NCBI GenBank assembly: GCA_944386605.1
Contig: CALXBS010000004.1
Location: forward strand, 1-58,909
DNA length: 58,909 bases
From: an uncultured Clostridia bacterium
GTDB taxonomy: Bacteria > Bacillota > Clostridia > TANB77 > CAG-465
Direction of reading: 5' to 3'
Position numbers and translations under genes: made by a program. The notes under the pieces are model-generated. The model had not been told where the DNA came from. It was given only the letters and a program-made list of their open reading frames with translations, and did not search any database. Shown here piece by piece: positions 57,833 to 58,909 of the stretch. Numbering within the stretch: position 1 is the first letter of the stretch; the number at the start of each line of letters is the position of its first letter.

Positions 57833-57866
57833 ATAGTTCCTTTTTATCATTTTTCTACATGTGAAC

Positions 57867-57897
57867 AATCACCACCAATTAAAAACTGGTGGTGATT
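57867..57897. terminator. hairpin between convergent genes
   Basis: 11-bp perfect stem AATCACCACCA-N9-TGGTGGTGATT. The U-run is poor on both strands. Confidence 0.55.
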
Positions 57898-57907
57898 ATC
57901 TCTTTTA

Positions 57908-58714
57908 TCATCCTTCTTTATCCTTATCAAATTTTATTTCTCGACTATCAAACATTGACAATCCATATTTTTCATATATTTCATCTGCAGTACAAGATAC
58001 CGTATCATTTATTAAGTAACCAAGTTTGTTTAATATATTTTTTAAATCATCCTCAGACTCTCCCTCAATTTCAACATATGTTGGTATTCCAGGCCATGTA
58101 TCTATATCTAACTCATAATGATCTAAAATATAGGTAATTCTTTCTTTTTCTTGATAGCTTTTATATGCATATCCCAATGCTCTAAGTAAATCACTTGCCT
58201 CTTTCATACTTGGTACTTCTATTTCTGTTTCTACCATTTGTTGAAGAGTTGTTCCGTTATTCGCCAAAATATGCTTTACTGCTATTGTTGTCTTGTCATT
58301 TGTTTGTCTTACTCTTATCCACTTCTTTGAATTATTATGAAATCTATCAATAAATTTAACGAATAAAGCATTATCAAAATAATTCAATATATTTTCTTTA
58401 AAACATAAACAAGAGACATTGTCATAACCAATTATTTCATTTAATTCTTTTTTATCTTTCTCTGTCAAAAGATTATCTAACTCAAAAAATAGTAATTTTA
58501 ATTTTTCTATAGCAGTATCATGTTTAATCTTGCTTTCGTTATCTTTTAATTGTGTTTTAATATCCATAAATCTACCATATATTGTTGGTAAATCATATGT
58601 ATATAGAAACTGTTTAGTTTCATTTTTTAATGTAGCACCTAATTGCTTTATTTTACTTATAAATTCCTCTTTATCAATATCTAGTATTTTCACTTCTAAT
58701 TCCATTTTCTTCAT
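57908..58714 (-). CDS. CYTH-domain protein (CyaB/class IV adenylyl cyclase or triphosphatase-like) with a helical insertion
   Basis: N-terminal ExExK motif (MELEVKIL), then WIRVRQ, TIAVKH, ETEIEV, ELDIDTW and YVEIEG strands. An insert of about 70 aa follows strand 2. The start is ambiguous: 58714, 58705 or 58732. Confidence 0.7.
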   Translation of the reverse strand: MKKMELEVKILDIDKEEFISKIKQLGATLKNETKQFLYTYDLPTIYGRFMDIKTQLKDNESKIKHDTAIEKLKLLFFELDNLLTEKDKKELNEIIGYDNVSCLCFKENILNYFDNALFVKFIDRFHNNSKKWIRVRQTNDKTTIAVKHILANNGTTLQQMVETEIEVPSMKEASDLLRALGYAYKSYQEKERITYILDHYELDIDTWPGIPTYVEIEGESEDDLKNILNKLGYLINDTVSCTADEIYEKYGLSMFDSREIKFDKDKEG

Positions 58715-58909
58715 TTTTAAAATCCCCTTCAAATTTGATCAATTCGATTCCTGCTTCTTTTAGTAAAATTTCTGAATATAAATCAGGATATGGTTCCAAA
58801 TAAAGAATCTTTTTTATTCCAGCATTGATAAGCATTTTCGCACATATAATGCATGGTTGTTTTGTTACATACAAAATGCTATCCTTGACATTTATAGAAT
58901 GATTTAAGG
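58674..58909 (-). CDS. dCMP/cytidine deaminase family protein, C-terminal part (5' end lies outside the window)
   Basis: The ORF is open to the window edge. ...SILYVTKQPCIICAKMLINAGIKKILY carries the PCxxC zinc motif of ComEB/dCMP deaminases. Confidence 0.7.
   Translation of the reverse strand, partial: LNHSINVKDSILYVTKQPCIICAKMLINAGIKKILYLEPYPDLYSEILLKEAGIELIKFEGDFKNEENGIRSENTRY

Noticed and set aside
1-58909. CRISPR arrays, rRNA genes, transposases, integrases and prophage structural genes
   Set aside because: Reading both strands showed no regularly spaced direct repeats and no ORF with recombinase or transposase motifs. The tmRNA- and tRNA-adjacent blocks are therefore not called mobile elements.

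Overview
AT-rich chromosomal window from a low-GC, spore-forming Firmicute (Clostridia-like). The backbone is housekeeping genes, mostly on the minus strand: pepD, rlmD, uvrA, spoIVA, mnmA, tsaE-tsaB-rimI, a Lon-like protease, murE, carD, uppS, ispA, disA, radA, metK, tmRNA, and rpmG-secE-nusG-rplK-rplA-rplJ-rplL. It also carries ogg and an SGNH/MBOAT/DHHW O-acyltransferase operon, plus one tRNA-Gly. I saw no CRISPR array, rRNA, integrase or transposase. Several small accessory blocks interrupt the backbone. By eye they use more G/C than their neighbours; I did not compute this. They lie at 22.1-23.6 kb, 30.0-32.0 kb, 34.5-39.7 kb (next to the tmRNA 3' end), 40.4-42.6 kb, and from 53.0 kb to the window end (downstream of tRNA-Gly). 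The strongest candidate for an undescribed system is a self-contained two-gene operon at 35816..37885 on the minus strand. One gene encodes a 146-aa protein with a ubiquitin-like N-terminal domain, an SLGGG motif and a di-Cys segment (RCLYGCP). The other encodes a single enzyme that fuses a radical-SAM/SPASM-like maturase to a C-terminal JAMM/MPN+ metalloprotease. Other points worth a second look: an unannotated 53-aa ORF that is about one-third Cys, built on (CGCGCN)x3 with a poly-Cys tail; a single-base frameshift splitting radA; a tRNA-Gly(UCC) with C at the universally conserved U55; two unknown genes driven by near-identical promoter modules; an sRNA-like promoter-hairpin-terminator unit; a macro-domain gene and an unknown gene pair flanking tmRNA; and a CYTH gene overlapping a dCMP-deaminase gene. 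All functional calls rest on motif recognition by eye and need database confirmation.
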